The notes under the pieces were generated by a model. It was not told the origin of the DNA and did not search any database. It saw nothing but the letters and a program-made list of their open reading frames with translations. A stretch of DNA of 64,000 bases from the human T2T-CHM13v2.0 reference genome, Homo sapiens, in assembly GCF_009914755.1 (NCBI RefSeq), contig NC_060944.1; one strand, 5' to 3'. This document shows, in pieces, positions 44,499 to 60,699 of this stretch (position 1 is the first letter of the stretch; the number at the start of each line of letters is the position of its first letter). The position numbers and the translations under genes were made by a program.

Positions 44499-46608
44499 TT
44501 GTGCATGTGCTGGCTGACTTTCCCCTGCAGCTCTCTCTTTTCTGGGGCTTGTGGAGTTTTGCTCTAAAGTTCTAAATTTCTTATTGATTTTCCTGATCCT
44601 AGTTTCCACCCCCTTTCCCAGAGGAAATTTTGGTTATCACAATGATGACCAGCAAAGTGGTCACATAGGAGTCTTTTTCTTCCTGGCTCTTTTATCTGAT
44701 TTTATTCTTACTCCCTGAATTACTCCATCCATCCACCCATCCTTCCACTCCATCTATTCATCCATTCATTTATCCATTATCTATCATCCATCCAACCATC
44801 CATCCATCCATTCATCATCCATCCATCCATCTCTCCATCTGTTCTCCCATCCATTCATTCATCCATCCATCCATCTCTCCATCCATTCATTCATTATCCA
44901 TCCATCCATCCATCCATCCATCCATCCATCCATCCATCCATCCACAAACACAGCAGCTACTGAGTGCCAGGACCCATGTCCTTTTTCCTCTCCAGTCACC
45001 GTTGTGAACACACATGTGGGTCTCATCTCTTGCTCTGAGGTGTGACTAGAGTTGCCCCCCACCCTCTCTGTCACTCTCCTTGCTGTTTGTCTCCTGCTCT
45101 TTTATTTGTCTATAAACTGCTTAGTTAGTTCAGTGCCAAGGGTGGTCTGTCTGTCCTGTCTCTCCTCCTCTACTTCCCTAACTCCCCCTCCGTCTGTTCT
45201 CACACCATGGGGCCCCAAGGCCTATCTGGAGTCTTCTGCTTTCTCTGCACACATTCCCTGGATGTGCTCACCCACAGCTTTCTGTGCTGACACCACCCCC
45301 TTGGCCCCTCATGCAGCCCAGACCCTTTCCCTTCCCCTTAAGACACAGGCTCAAGCTTGACGAAGCCCTGCCCAGCTCAAGCCATCGCATTGTTTTTGTA
45401 CCCACCAGAGGTGCTCTATCTCCATTCTCCTTGGCACTGAGCATCTCTGCCACCCAGGGCTCAGCAGCCAGGAGCACCAAGTCACCTCTGGCTGCTCTTA
45501 TCCCTGTCTTCATGGTCCATCTGTCCCCTCTTCCTGCCACATCTCCCTCGAAAGGGCAGGTAGATAATCCCTCTCCATCCCCTCAGCCCCTGCCTCAGCC
45601 CTGATGTAAGAATCTAGTGCCTGAACCACATCCATCCATCCATCCCTCCAACATCCATCCCTCCACCACCAAACATCAGTTGGACACTTCCTAGGTGCTC
45701 TGATTATGACACAGACGCCCAAACCCCAGGCTATGCCCTGCAGAAGCCCAGAGTTCAGGGAGAAATTCTCTTGAGATCTTGGCCTTCTGTTAATGTCTCC
45801 TTCCTGCCCTGCCCCCCACCAACTCCTGTGCACAGAAGTGCTGGGGAGGGAATCCTAAGCTCTGCTGTTTTCTCCACAGCCCCACTTCTCTATGGCTACC
45901 TGTGGCTGGCTCTGAACCCACCACCAGGCTCAGGCAAGGTCCAGAGCCCCAGGCCTGAACTTCCTGCCGCTTCTTCCTGTTCTGCCTTTTCTGCTGGGGC
46001 AGTTTTCTCTGGGAAACAGGGTGGCTTACTATCCATGCCTTTTTGCACACAGTAAAGTCCAGACGTAAGCTCCCATCTGCCTGGGGTGGAGACGGAGTCT
46101 CCCTATGAACACCCTACAGGTATGTCCTCCTACTCCACCTCTGGCCTCCTTCTTCTTCCTTCCCCCTCCACGTATTAAGAATAAGGCATCATTGAAAAAA
46201 ACAAAGGAGGCTGAGAATAAGTGGAGAATCAAAGTCTGTGCAGTTGAAGAGCTGAGGCTTTGCAAGTTCAACAACAAAGAGAGAGGGACTGTGGAATCCA
46301 AACTAGATAAGAGTGAGGAAACTGGGTGGGAGGACAGTGTACAACTGGCAGGTGCAATGAGGACAATGAGGCCCTGGGTCGTCCCCACAGAGGCCTTTGC
46401 TGGCTGACTCCTGTCTTCCAGGAGCCCCCGGGCATGGGTATGAGGGCATCTTTCTCTTCGCTCAGACATGGAGCTTCCTGGGAAGAGGACCTGCACCTGG
46501 CTTCCTTTTGGGTCTCAGGTTGGAGAGGAGGATGGACAAATGGAAGGTGTGTCTTTCTACTAGTCTCTTTTGCTCCTCCTTTGCCGCCTCTCCTCTCACC
46601 CTTTATAA

Positions 46609-47815
<1,207 letters not shown>

Positions 47816-50800
47816 TAAAATTAATTTTTAATTACACAAGTCATTCACGGACCCACTGTCTTTGTAAAAAACAAAAATCAAAGTGTTGTACATAAGACTG
47901 GTGTTCTTGTCCACTTCCCATCCCATCTAGCCCAGGGTACAAATACTGCTCCCCCGAAGTAATCTCAGTATTGATTTGGGAGAATCATTCCACTCTCTGT
48001 ATATGATATTTTCTCACGAAAAAAGGCAAGTCCTGTGGGTGGTGCTGGCTTTGGTTTTGATGTCAAATGAGAATCATATTGAACCAGGCACACCTGCTCT
48101 GTGGTGGGCTTTTCTGCACAACAGCGGATCACAGATGGCTTCCAGGACTCAGAATCTCTGCTGCATGGTAGTGCGGAGGCCAGGTGAATGGTGGTTGATG
48201 CCACTCTGTGGATGGGCATGTAGCTGCTTCCCCATGATCACTATTACAGACGAGCTAGCTGCAAACACCCCGGCCCAGCCTGCCCCCATCCCTCTGCATG
48301 CACAGTGCTCGCTGAGCTCCAGGCTATGATCTGTTATGTCCTCCCCTCTCCTTCTCGACTCCATCTCCTCCTCCTGTCCTCCAAGGTCAGGCCCCACTCC
48401 TTGTCCTGGTCCCACTCTTCTGGCTGACACCGCTATCCCTCACTTGCCATCCGAACTCTGCCCTCAAATGCAGAATCAGACTTGAAACCAATATGGACCC
48501 AGAGCTTCTCACCCACAAGTCATCTTCACATTCCAACCCATCACCTCCCAGGGCCAGCCACACACTTCCTGGTCTCAGCACTGAGCATCACCACCTGCCA
48601 GGAGTTATCTCAGCTGCCAGGAGTTATCTCTGACACCTCCCTCTCCTGTCACCCATGGCACATCTGTCTCCCCTTCCTGCTGCTGAATCTTCCTCCAAGG
48701 GGCTGTTCAAGACCCTAACCCAACGCCTCAGCCCTGGCCACAGCAGGCCTTAGCATCTCATGCCTGGACCATAGGCCTGTGTAACTACTTCTTCCATTCA
48801 TCCACCCACACATCCATCTATTTTCCTTCCTTCCTTCCTTTCTTCCTTCCTTCCTTCCTTCCTTCTTCCCTCCTTTCTTTCCTTCCTTCCTTCCTTCTTC
48901 CCTCCTTTCTTTCCATCCTTCCTCCCATTCATTTTTACGTATCCATCCATCATTTCTATCCATCTACCCATCCATTCATCTATCCACCCATTCATCTATC
49001 CATCCATCCATCATCCACCCATCCATCGTCTACCCATCTATCACCCACCCATTCACCCATCCATCCATCCAACAAGCATACACTGAACACCTACTGGATG
49101 TTCTGCTGAACAAAACACACAGCTCCCAGAGCCCAGGAGACATCCTGGTGCATCTGTGTCCATGAGGAAGCAGACTCATCATCTGCAATGAAAATATGGG
49201 GTGATAGGTGCCACCCATGTGTTTGTGTCACTGTGCCTCACAGTGTGTGTGGTGTGTGAAAGGGAGAGATGTCCACGTCTCTGGGCCCACGCTAGATCTC
49301 TCTGCTGAAGCAGCACGCTTTCAACCATGCACCCCACTGAAGACCCTGCCAACAGCATTGACTCACTAAGTCCTCCACAGGCTCTGTGTTTTCCCCGTTT
49401 TCCCAAATCCAGGACTGAAAACAGGCAGGCCCCATGCCCTCTGCCTGCCTCCCACTTCCAGCCCAGGGCCACTTCCTCCTCTAAGGGCTCTCTCCCATCT
49501 TCTCCTCTGATCCTCTCTGTGCTCCCAGGCAGTGCCTTTGCCCTGGCAACAGCTGTCCCCTCCCGTAGACCCTCTCCTGCGCTGTTTCAGCAGGTGGGCA
49601 AGCTCACCCCACTCCTACCCAGGAGTCCTTCCTTCTCCCTTGACCTGTTCCCTTCTTCCTCCTATGCCTTCTTTCCTCCCAGACCAGCCGGGTGGGAACT
49701 CTCATCCCTGGATGTGGCCACTCCCTCCCTCCCATCCTGCACACCCCTGCAGCTGCTCTGTACCTGCCAATGGGGAGAAAAGAGGCCTCCAAACCCCACA
49801 GCCCATTTTCTCTCCATTGATGGCCTCTGATGCTGGGGGTCTCTCCTGGCTTCTCAGCCCCTTTCTTTCCTTGATTCTACCTCTCGGGCCACCCTTCTCC
49901 TGTTTCCTCTGCAGCCTCCTTGGCTTCCATCAGCCCTCTGTGTCCATGTCCCCAGGGCCCCATCTTCCCTCTCCCTGTGCTCTGCCCCCCAGGCAGCCTT
50001 CCCTAGAGCCTGTGTGACCATCCTCATGCTGACCTCATCCAGCATCTCCCCTCTCATCCTGCAGCTGTGCTGAGCAGGGTCATGGGAGGCCCTGGGAAGC
50101 CCCCTGTCCTCCTCAAAAGAGTCCTTGCTAAGCTCTTCCTGGGGGCCCCTGACCTATTGGGCGAGGATTCTGTGTCCGGAGCACCCAGATATATGTGTGT
50201 TGGGCAACTTTCCCCACCCCCAGGCTGTGAGCACCTTGAGGGAAGGACCTGCATCTGATTTGTCTTTGCTGAATGGCTATGACTATGGCAGAGGCCGGAG
50301 GGACAGACGAACTGAGGACAGACGGACTGAGGAGAGCGCTCCTTCCTCCTCACTCTCGTGTTCCCTTTTTTCCTTCCATTTTCTTCCTCTCCTAATTAAA
50401 AAATTAGTTTTTAATTATGTGTGGTACATGAAGCAATTATTTTTGCACAAAATTTTAAAAATTTTTTGTGCTTTCACAAAATTAAAGCATGACAAAAGGC
50501 TGAAGTCTCTTCTCTCTCCCTCCCGCTTCCCACCTCCAATTCCCCCAAAAAGGGGAACCTCTGTGGCCAGTTCTGTGTGACCCTGTCCACACAGCCTATA
50601 TGTGTCCTCTCATCTAAATAAAACAGAGCTGCATTTGGTGGTGGTGGGGTGTTGTTTAAAATATAAATACCATTTACTCTGTGTAAATTTTGCCAATAGC
50701 TTTGTCTGTCCAGTGATGAGTCTTCGAGTTCTTTCCACGAACATGTGGGTGCACCGTCATTGGTGTGCAAGAGCCAAAGTGGGCACCTCTTCCTCATCCT

Positions 50801-53800
50801 GCTCAGCGATGGCACGATGCTAGCCTGAAATTGGCCATGGTGGTAGTATTTACACTACAGAAGCGGGCACAAGCAACCCATAGGGAACATTCTCCCCAGA
50901 GGGCCAGTGTGCAAGCATACCCCAGGATGCACCCTGTTTCACAGATCTGGGTCTTTCGGGAGAGAGCTGCACTGTGGGTGACCAGCTCTCCTGTGGATGG
51001 ACATGGGTGTTTTCCCCTTTTCACCATGACAGATAATGTCACCACAACCTTATCTGTCACCGATTCCTCTTCTGCCTTGCCCTCTGCTGGGTTCTGGTGT
51101 GGTGGGGCGGTGGGGCGGAGGGGTCCTCAGAATTCGTCTACAGTATGTGGGTTCTTTTCTGTCTGTCCATGGAATGTGCTGCCTCTTCAGGTCTCTGGGA
51201 GTCTGTCTCTCTCCTTCCTTCCTTCATCTTTCCTCATCCTCTCCCTCGTTTCTTCTCCTCCTCTCCAGATTTGGCCCTTGCCCCAAGGGTCACGATCTGT
51301 GGCTGCTTCTGTGTGGAGGTGTGGGTCCCACTGTGCACCCCTCTATTTAGGCCCTTTGTCAGGCTTGTCCTCCCCCGTCTTTCCCTCCTCTTCCATGTGC
51401 ACGCATCTCTGCATCTGCCTGCGTCTCAGCTCCCCGAGGGTCCTGCCGCCCCCTCTTCATTTCATTTTTTAACTTTATTATTGATGTGCCCCGCCAACAC
51501 TGCCTCTTCCTGCATCTTGCTCAGCCTCGCTCCCTCTCGCTCTCCAGAGGAGGCTTATTGGATTTTGCTTCAAGTCTGTGCGTCATTCCTGCTCTGTGCA
51601 TGTGTGCGCACATGTTCGTGCGTGTGTGTGCCTACCACTTTCCCCGTCAGCTCCCTCTCTCTCTTTCTGGGGCTTGGAGAGTTTTACTCTATGTGTGTGT
51701 GCACAGGTGCACATGTGTGTGAGTCACTTCTCTGTAAGGTATGGTCAGGGCTGGGTCCCACCCTCCCTGTCACTCTCATGAACTCCATCTATCCACAACA
51801 TGCCTGGTGAGCTCTGGACCAAGGTTTGTCCATCTGTCCTCTCCTGTTCTCTTCTTTCCCTCCTCTTGCGCTGCACCTGCCCTCTGCACAAGAGGTGCCC
51901 CTTATGCACCTTGGGCATAGAGGCCTCTGTAAGGACATCCCCCAATCTCCTTCTGCGTCTGAAAATCACCCACCTTCATTCTCTGTTGCATGCCACAGAT
52001 TTGGGGCCAGTGTTGACTGGGGCCCTCCAGAGGTACCTCAAACTCATCTAATCATCTCTGCACTACAAACTGGCCCCTTTCCTGTTCTCATTAACACTGA
52101 ATGTCAGTGCCTTCCTCGGTGTGGTGCTGCAGCCAGGAGCCCTGCATCGTCTCTGACTACTCCTGTTTAGCCACCCACAGCCCATCTGTTCCCCCTCCCT
52201 GCCAACTCTTTCTCCGAGGGGCTGCTAAAGGCCCCCATTCTCTCAGTCCCTGCTGCAGCATCGTGTGGAGATGAGGGGATAATTGTCTTCCTTTGTCCAT
52301 CCATTCATCCATCCATCCATCCATGCATGCATTCATCCAACCATCCATCCATCCATCCATCCATCCATCCATCCATCCATGCATCCATCCATCCATCCAT
52401 CCATCCATCCATCCATCCATCCATCCATGCATCCATCCATCCATCCATCCATCCATCCATCCATCCATCCATCCATGCATCCATCCATCTATGCATCCAT
52501 CCATCCATCCATCCATCCATCCATCCATCCATCCATACATCTACCCACCCATCCATACATGCATCCCTCCATCCATCCATCCACCCATCCACCCTTCCAT
52601 CCATACATCTACCCATCCATCCATCCATCCATCCACCCATTCCTCCATCCATCTGTTCATTCATCCATTCATTCAGCCATCCATCTGCCCATCCACCCAT
52701 TCACCCACCTATCCATCCACCCATCCATACATATGTCCACCCACCCATTCATCTGCCTACTCTTTCATCCATCCATCCATCTATATATCCATCCATCCAT
52801 CCCTCCCTCCTACCACCTGACATACATTGAGCACCTGAGTGCTCTGTTGAAGACAAAGACTCCAAAACCCCGGGCTGTGTTCTAAGGAGTCCAGGGGGAG
52901 AGAGGACCAGTTACCACCCATGGGAAGATGGGGTGATAGGGACTTTGGAAGTCTCCAAGCATCACCGTGTGTGTTCTTGCATGTGCATATATGCATGTGT
53001 TTGCTCTGTCTTGGCCACTTTCTCAGACCCTTCTCTTTCCTCCTGATCTCTACTATCAGTGCTCCCCAGGGCTGTGTCCTCACCCCTCTGCCCTTGTCCT
53101 TCCATGGGCCATACTATCCACACCAGGGCTTCAGAGGTCCCTGCACACAAACTCCTCTGCATTTCTGTGCTCATCTCCCCTCTCCCAGACCTGTATACTC
53201 ACTGTCCTGTCCTCAGCCCCACTCAGTCATACTCCCAGCATCATACACTCCCCAGGCTCCAAACAACCTCCCTCCTCTCCAGGCTTCATCTTATGCTCTC
53301 ATCCTCCATCTCCAGGGACAGAAATCCAGGCTTCCCCTTCTCCCCACCTCCTTCCTTTAAACTTGTGCTGACTCTTTCTCCCAAATCTCCCATCTCCTCC
53401 TTTGCTCCTTTCATCCCATGGCCAGCATGGTTGCCCTGGTGACAGCCATCCTCTTCCCTCCTTCTGAGTCTGCTTTCCAGCATGAGAGATGTGTTCTGGT
53501 GACCTGTTCCTCCCATGCTCTGTCTTCTCTCTCTGTCCATCTGCAGAAAATCTGGGAAAGGGACCCTTGGCTTTACTTGCTTCCATTCCCAGCCCACGCA
53601 TACCCCATCCTTGGCAAGGGACCTCAGCCACATTGAGCCCACCATGGTTCTCAAGAGAGCTCTCCATAGACCTCCTTCTTGCCAAAGCCCATGGTCCCTT
53701 TTTCCTCCTCATTTCTCCTGGCCCATTGGGGTCCTGATTGGGGTGCCCATCCTTGCTTGGGAGGCCACTGTCTCCTCCTTCAGGACACTGGGTGCTCCTG

Positions 53801-56769
53801 GCTTTTCTCCCACCCATTGGGCAGTTTCTCTCTTCCATCCACCTCTCAATACTGATGCTTCCCAGAGCTCAGTCCTCCACCGCTTCCTGCCCTGCCCGTT
53901 CCCCAAGGGCAGCTTCCTCCACCCCCAGGACATCTGTGGCCACCCATTGTCCTTCTTGGACATAGAGCTCTCTCCTGAACTGGGACTTGCACATCCATGT
54001 ACCTGAACACAGGACTAGACACTTCCCTGCCCTTCCCACACTGCTCTTCTTTTCTCCAACCTCCTCACCTGCCCAGCTCCCCATCCTCAGCACAAGTAGA
54101 CCAAGTCTCAGGCACTTTCTTGACTCCTTCTGACCACATCCAGTCCCACCATAGGGCTGTGCCTCCAGCACACCACCACCATCCCATCTGGGTGTCAGCT
54201 CCCAGGGCCTCCCGGGTTTCCCATCTCCAGCCTTGCCCCTTCCTGTCTACACTTGGTGAGGCCACCCAAGCCACCTTTCTAAATCTCCCACTTGGCAGCT
54301 CACCCTTCACTGGCCTAACCCCACTAAGCCAGCTTCCCCACCTCCCCACCCTCCTGATAAACTTCAAGCCAATTTTTCCTGCTTTAAGGCTCTGGGCAAG
54401 GCCAAACCCTCACACTCTTGGTGACTTATCCTTCTGCCCTGTCTCCAGTCACAAGGAACCTCTTGCAGTGCAGAAAGACTCACCCTCTCCCCACCTTCTG
54501 GCCTTTGCTCAAGCTGCCCTTGGCAGGAACGCCTCTCACCTGTCTGCCTGGCACACAGCAAGGCTTCTCTTGGCTCAGGCACTTCATCCTCCCTGATGAA
54601 GTCCCAGGGCCTCTCCCCTGAAAGCCCCCATAGCATCACAGGATCACACCCCTGGGAACAGCCAGGCACATGCATGTGTTTGGGGGGATCTTTCCCGCCA
54701 GACCACGGGCATCTTGAGAGCCTGCATCTGAGTTCTCTCTGAGTGTCAGCACAGAGGAAGGCTGAGGAATGTCTGAAGCTGGAGGAACTTCAAGTTGAAA
54801 AAAAACACTAAAATTTCAGGAAGGAAGGACTAAAGTCTCCTTTGAAACCTCCTCCCAAATCCTGATTTCTACTTATTTTCCCACATGGATCCTCAGTTAT
54901 TAGACTGATGTGAATTATACTGGTAGCTAGCTAGCTAGATGATTGATAGGAAGGAAAAAGGAAGGAAGGAAGGAAGGAAAGAAGAGAAAACTTGTTCTAT
55001 TATTGTTGGTTTGGTTATTGTTGTTTGAACATAAATACTACACACTGTGCATGTGATTTGGCAGTGGCCTTCCTCATTCAGCAATGTGTCTTGGGTCTGC
55101 TTCCATGTCAGAGTTTAGGTGCATCACATTCTTTTATCAGATGCACAATGGCCGAGCTGGCTTCCTCCTGCCGATGAGCATGTTGGTGTCCCTGCTCTTT
55201 TGGTGAGGTGGTAGCAGCTTCTGTGCATGGCCTCTTTCTGTGTCTCACTCTAGGGTCCCCAGTGTGTGATCAGGCTGCCGTGTGCCTGCTTGTCTGTCTG
55301 TCTGTGTGTGCACACATCTGCCTCTTTGCCTCTCTGAATCTCTCTCCTTCCTTTTCCCATTCTCTCTCATTATTCCATATTCCCTCTAGATTTGGTCCCC
55401 ATGTTGCAACACAACTGTGTTTGTGTGTCTCACCCTGGGTCACATCTGTGGGTTCCTCTTTACTTGGAGCCTTTTCTCCTTCTGATTCTCATTCACTTGG
55501 TGACTTCTCACCCCTGTGCATCCACTTGCTCTGCCATCCATTCATCCACCCACTTTGGACATTGAGCATCTTCCAGGAGCTGGACAGCTCCCATACGTGA
55601 GTCAGTGTGTGTGCCCCCTCTGTGTACTGCCCCTGGGTCTCTGCCTGTCTGTGGGCCTGTCTCTCCGAGCCCCCTTCTCCCACCCCTGCCTTCATCCTCC
55701 TCAGCTGCACTTCCTTCTGCTCTCCAGAGGAAACTTATGGAATTTGCTCTGTCCACGCATCATTCCTGCTGTGTGTGTGTGTACTTGTGTGTACGTGTAA
55801 GTGGGTCATCTCTTTCTGAGGCATGGTCAGGGTTGGCTTCCACTCTCTGTCACTCTCATGGACATTTCATCTGCTTGCCTCTCCATCCAGCCATCTGTAG
55901 CATGCTCAGCTAACTCTGGGGCAGGGTCTTCCTGTCTGGTCTGTCTTCCTTTCCTTCTCTTTCTCTCACTCCTCACACACTCCCCGGATGAACTCATCCC
56001 CTGCCCTCTGTGCTGACATCTCCCTAACTGCTCCTGCAACCAAGACTCCCCACCTTTTTCTCTTCTTCGCAAGCCACTAGATTCCTCCCCAGGAGAATCC
56101 AACCCATTGCATCATCTTCACACCCTGAGATGTGTTTCTCTTCCAGTTCGCATTAGCACTGAGCCCCGCTGCCTGCCTCAGGCTGCAGTGGGAGACTGAG
56201 CCATCTCTAACTCCTTCTGCTGCCCACGGCACATCTGTCCCACTTCCTGCCAAGTCTCTTTCCAAGGGACCACTCTGAGACCCTTCTAACCCCAATCCCT
56301 TCAGCCCCTCTCTCTGGCCAGGCCCCAGCATCCTGTGCTTGGACAACTGAAGAGGCTTCCTCCTTTGTTGTCCATCCTCCACTCCCACCCCCTCTTCATC
56401 CTCCATTAACCTCTGGAAGAATCATGAATCACCTTTGCTTAAATCCTCCCATAGCTTCCATGTCACTCACAGTAAAAGTTAATATTCTCACCATGGCCCA
56501 CAGGCCTTACCCAGTCTATTTCCTGTTACCTCTCTCCTTTCATCTCCCACTCCTTTCCCCCTTGCTCATGTTGCTCCAGCCACATGGGCTTCCTTGGTGT
56601 TCCTTGAGCAGACAGACACCAGGGCTGTCACCTATGGTTGTTCATGGCATGAGGGCACCTGGCAGAGGATGTCAGTGGAGGACAAAACCCAGCCCTTGTT
56701 CTGTTCTCCAAGCCATGAGCCCTGGTTTGGGGTTGCCTCTGCTTAGAAGAAAGATTGTCTATTTCTTTT

Positions 56770-57520
56770 AAATATATAGATAGAAAAGACCTTTAGCATT
56801 CTTGCTTACTTGTTTCATTATCTGTTATTTTGGGATCTGTTTCTATTTACTGATTTTTCTCCTAGTTATGAGCTACAATTTTTGGTTCTTGGCCTGTCTA
56901 GGAATTTTTGATTGGATGCTGGACATTGTAAATGTTACACTATTGATGGTCTGGAATTGTGTTGTCTTCTGTTAAAGAGTGGCATGCAGTTAAATTACTT
57001 GCTAATTACTTTGATCATTTTGAGGCTTATTTTTAAGCTCTTTTAGGGTGGGTCCACAGTAGCCTTCACTTATGGGATAGTTCCTAACCTGTGTGACTTC
57101 TAGGAATTGTTCAAATTAAAATGCTTCAGTCTTTCTTTGCCTGGCCTCAGGGAATTTCACCCTACACACCTGAAGCCTTGCACATGGCAGTGATTCAAGA
57201 GGACACATGTAGATTTCTGGAGCTGTTTTTCTTCCTTCAGTCAGGTACTCTGCCCCTCAACTTACAGCCACCTAAGCCTACCTGAACTTTGTTCTTGGTC
57301 TCAAAGATCAACTCAGCAATACTGCTGGACTCTATTTGAATTTCCCCTCCCTGCACCTAAGATGCCTCCAGACAGAAAGCTGGGTGAACTGTAGAGCTAA
57401 CTTGATTTGCTTACCTTTCTTCAGGGATCACTGTCTTATGCTACTGCCTGTTGTTCAATGTCTGCAAACAATTGTTTCCAATGTTTTGCCTAGTTTTTTT
57501 TTCTAATTTTCATAAAGCTC
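56770..57520 (-). mobile_element. Old L1M fragment nested in an L2 remnant (~56420-56620, 57550-57680, 58050-58270)
   Basis: AT-rich segment with old-L1-like motifs; the flanks carry L2 motifs. Confidence 0.5.
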
Positions 57521-57680
57521 TTTATTGGTTAGTAGAGACATTGGGAGTCATGATCCCACCTTAGAGCCTTTGCACTTGGTTCCCTCTACCTGGAACGCTT
57601 CCCCCAGATATCCACGTGGCCAACTTGCTCACTTCACAAGTGCTCATGTTACCCTCTCAGTGAACCCTTCCCTAACCACC

Positions 57681-58048
57681 TGCTATGGACTGAATGTTTG
57701 CGTTTTCCCAAAAGTCAGGTGTTGAAGCCTTAATGCCCAGTGTAGTGGTATTTGGAAGTGGGCCTTTGGGAAGTGATTAGGTTTTGATGAGGTCATGAGG
57801 GTTAAGCCTCCATGATGGGATTAGTTCCCTTAAAAGAAGAGGAAGAGAGGACCAGATCCCTCTCTCTGTGTCATGTGAGGATACAGCAAGAAAGCTTTCA
57901 TCTGCAAACTAGGAACAGGGCCCTCACCAGACACCAAATACGCTGGCACCTTGATCTTGGACTTCCCAGCCTCCAGAACGACGAAAAATAAATATTGCTT
58001 AAACCATCCAGTAGATGGTATTTTGTTATAGCAGCCTGAGATAAGATA
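57681..58048 (+). mobile_element. MLT1A-type MaLR solo LTR
   Basis: tgctatggactgaatgtttg...gctggcaccttgatcttggacttcccagcctccagaac...aataaa...ttttgttatagcagcc. Confidence 0.85.
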
Positions 58049-58660
58049 TCACTTTACTTAGAATTGAAACTACCTCAACTTGTAATGCCCCATTACCTTG
58101 TGTATTTCTCTCTATGTATATATTTACTGTCTATAAAATTAATTGCCTGTCTTCGTCCCCTAACCTCCTTCTGCTCTATACCTGTCTTTTTTCCATTAAC
58201 ATGGAAGCTTGATGAGGGCAGAGAATTTTGTCTGTTTATTCACTGCTGCATCCCCAGTGCACAGTGGGGATAGTTCGGCTTGACTGTGGGGCTCACAGGG
58301 ATTTAAGTTGAGCAGCGTTTCTGTAGGTGCCCAACACATCCTGGAGCAACTGCTGGTGCTGGCTGAGGTTAGGATGGGGAAGGGGTAGAAAGGCCTGTTC
58401 AGGGCCTAAGCAGCTCACCATCCATTCACAGTTATGCTCAGAATCTCATTCTCTACCTACACCTACCACCTCTGACATAAGACAATGTCTGGCCTCCTTG
58501 CCCCAGCACAGGCTTCTTCCTCTGCCCAGAGTACAACTCCCTGGCTCAGCTATGTGGCACAGACACCTAGCTTCAGAGTCTCCACCTGTATGAAGTGTTC
58601 TGTGAATCTTGTGACTTCCAATCCCTTCTTCACTCTGGGACCAAGAAAATTCTTTCTAAA

Positions 58661-59915
58661 TGCCTTATTCTATTCAGGCTTCTATAACAAATTACCATAG
58701 ACTGGGTGGTTTACAAGCAACAAATATTTATTTCTCAAAGTTCTGGAGGCTGGGAAGTCCAAGGTCACAGCACCAGCAGATCTGGTGTCTGATGAAGGCT
58801 CTCTGGTCCATAGACAGTGCCTTTCAGCTGTGTCCTTACATGGTGCAAGGGCTGAGGAGTCTCTCTCAGGCCACTTTTTAAGAAAATCATTCATTTTTCT
58901 TTCCAACTTTTATTTTACATTCATGGGGTACATGTGCAGATTTGGTATATAGGTAAATTGCATGTCTCGGGGCATTAGTGTGCAGATTATTTTATTACCC
59001 AGGTAATAAGCATAGTACCTGATAGGTAGTTTTTCCATCATCACCCTCTTCCCACCCTCCACCCTCAAGTAGGCCTCTATGTTATTGCTCCCTTCTTTGT
59101 GTCCATGTGTACTCAATGTTTAGCTCCCACTTATAAGTGAGAAAATGCAGTATTTGGTTTTCTGCTCATGCATTAATTCACTTAGGATAATGGCCTCCAG
59201 CCCCATGTACGTTGCTGCAACGGACAAGATATTGTCCTTTTTTATGGCTGCATAGTATTCCATGGTGTATATTTACCACATTTTTCTTTATCTAGTCCAC
59301 TGTTGATGGGCATTGAGGTTGATTCCAGGTCTTTGCTATTGTGAATAGTGCTATGATGAACATGTATGTGTCTTTATGATAGAATGATTTTATTCCTTTG
59401 GGTATATACCCAGTAATGGGATTGCTAGGTCAGATATTAGTTCTATTATAAGTTCTTTGAGAAATCTCCAAACTGCTCTCCACAGTGGCTGAACTAGTTT
59501 ACATTCTCACCAGCAGTGTATAAGCATTCACTTTTCTCTGCAACCTCACCAGCATCTGTTATTTTTTGACTTTTTAATAATAGCCATTCTGCCCAGTGTG
59601 AGATGGTATTGCACCATGGTTTTGATTTCCATTTCTCTAATGATCAGTGATGTGGAACATTTTTTCATATGCTTGTTGGCCACATGTATGTCTTCTTTTA
59701 AGAAGTATCTGTTCATATCCTTTGCCCGTTTTTTAATGGACTTGTTTGTTTTTTTCCTCAGGCCCCTTTTACAACGGCACTAATCCCATTCATAAGAGTA
59801 GAGTCCTCATGACTTAATCATCCCCCAAGGGCCCCACCTCCTAATACCATCACCTGCAGATTAGGATTTCAACGTATGAATTTTGTGGGGGGACATAAAC
59901 ATTCAGACCATAGCA
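58661..59915 (-). mobile_element. MLT1A-type solo LTR interrupted by an L1
   Basis: LTR halves at 58661-58880 and 59757-59915 (...aaacattcagaccatagca). Confidence 0.8.
58890..59756 (-). mobile_element. 5'-truncated primate L1 (older L1PA-like) 3' end
   Basis: Reverse-complement L1 3' UTR and ORF2 end (gctcccacttataagtgagaa...gtagtattccatggtgtat). TSD-like ctcaggcc(a/c)cttttt?a at ~58865 and ~59757. Confidence 0.9.
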
Positions 59916-60507
59916 CTAATCCCAGAACGTTCTATGTCATTTCCTCTCTCTAACGCCTTCCACTGCACCCCATTGCTCCTGTGAGAAATATCAGATTCCT
60001 CAAGTTGGTGTATCATCTTTTACAACATAACAACAAATTACGCCCATGCAATCAGCTTAACATGACAAAATCATTTTCTCACAGTTTCCGAGGTCAAAAT
60101 TCTTTGAGCAGCCTGGTTGAGTGTTTCTGGCTCAGGTTTTCTCATGAGATGTAGTCAGGCTGACAGCTGGGGCTGCTGCATCCTGAAGGCTTCAACTGGG
60201 GCTAAGGATCTGCTTCCAAGATGGCTCCCTCCCAGGGCTGTTGGCAGGAGGCCTCATTTCCTTACCACATGGGCTTTCCACAGGGTTGCCTGAGTGTTCT
60301 TACATGGCAGCTGGATTCCCCCAGAGAGAGTGATGACAAAGAAAGGTAAGGAGGGGAAGAGGGTGGGGAGGGAGAGGGGACACTGGGGAGCCACAGTGAC
60401 TTTTATGACCTAGTTTCTGAGGCTGTACATCATCACCTCCACTTTATTTTATTCACTAGTGACTTATTAAGTCTAGCCTACATTCAGGGGAAAGGAATTA
60501 AGCTCTA

Positions 60508-60699
<192 letters not shown>

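Noticed and set aside
52157-52885. HPSI/MDGW-repeat ORFs (also at ~32.0-32.6 kb and ~38.1-38.7 kb)
   Set aside because: They are translations of (CATC)n microsatellites.
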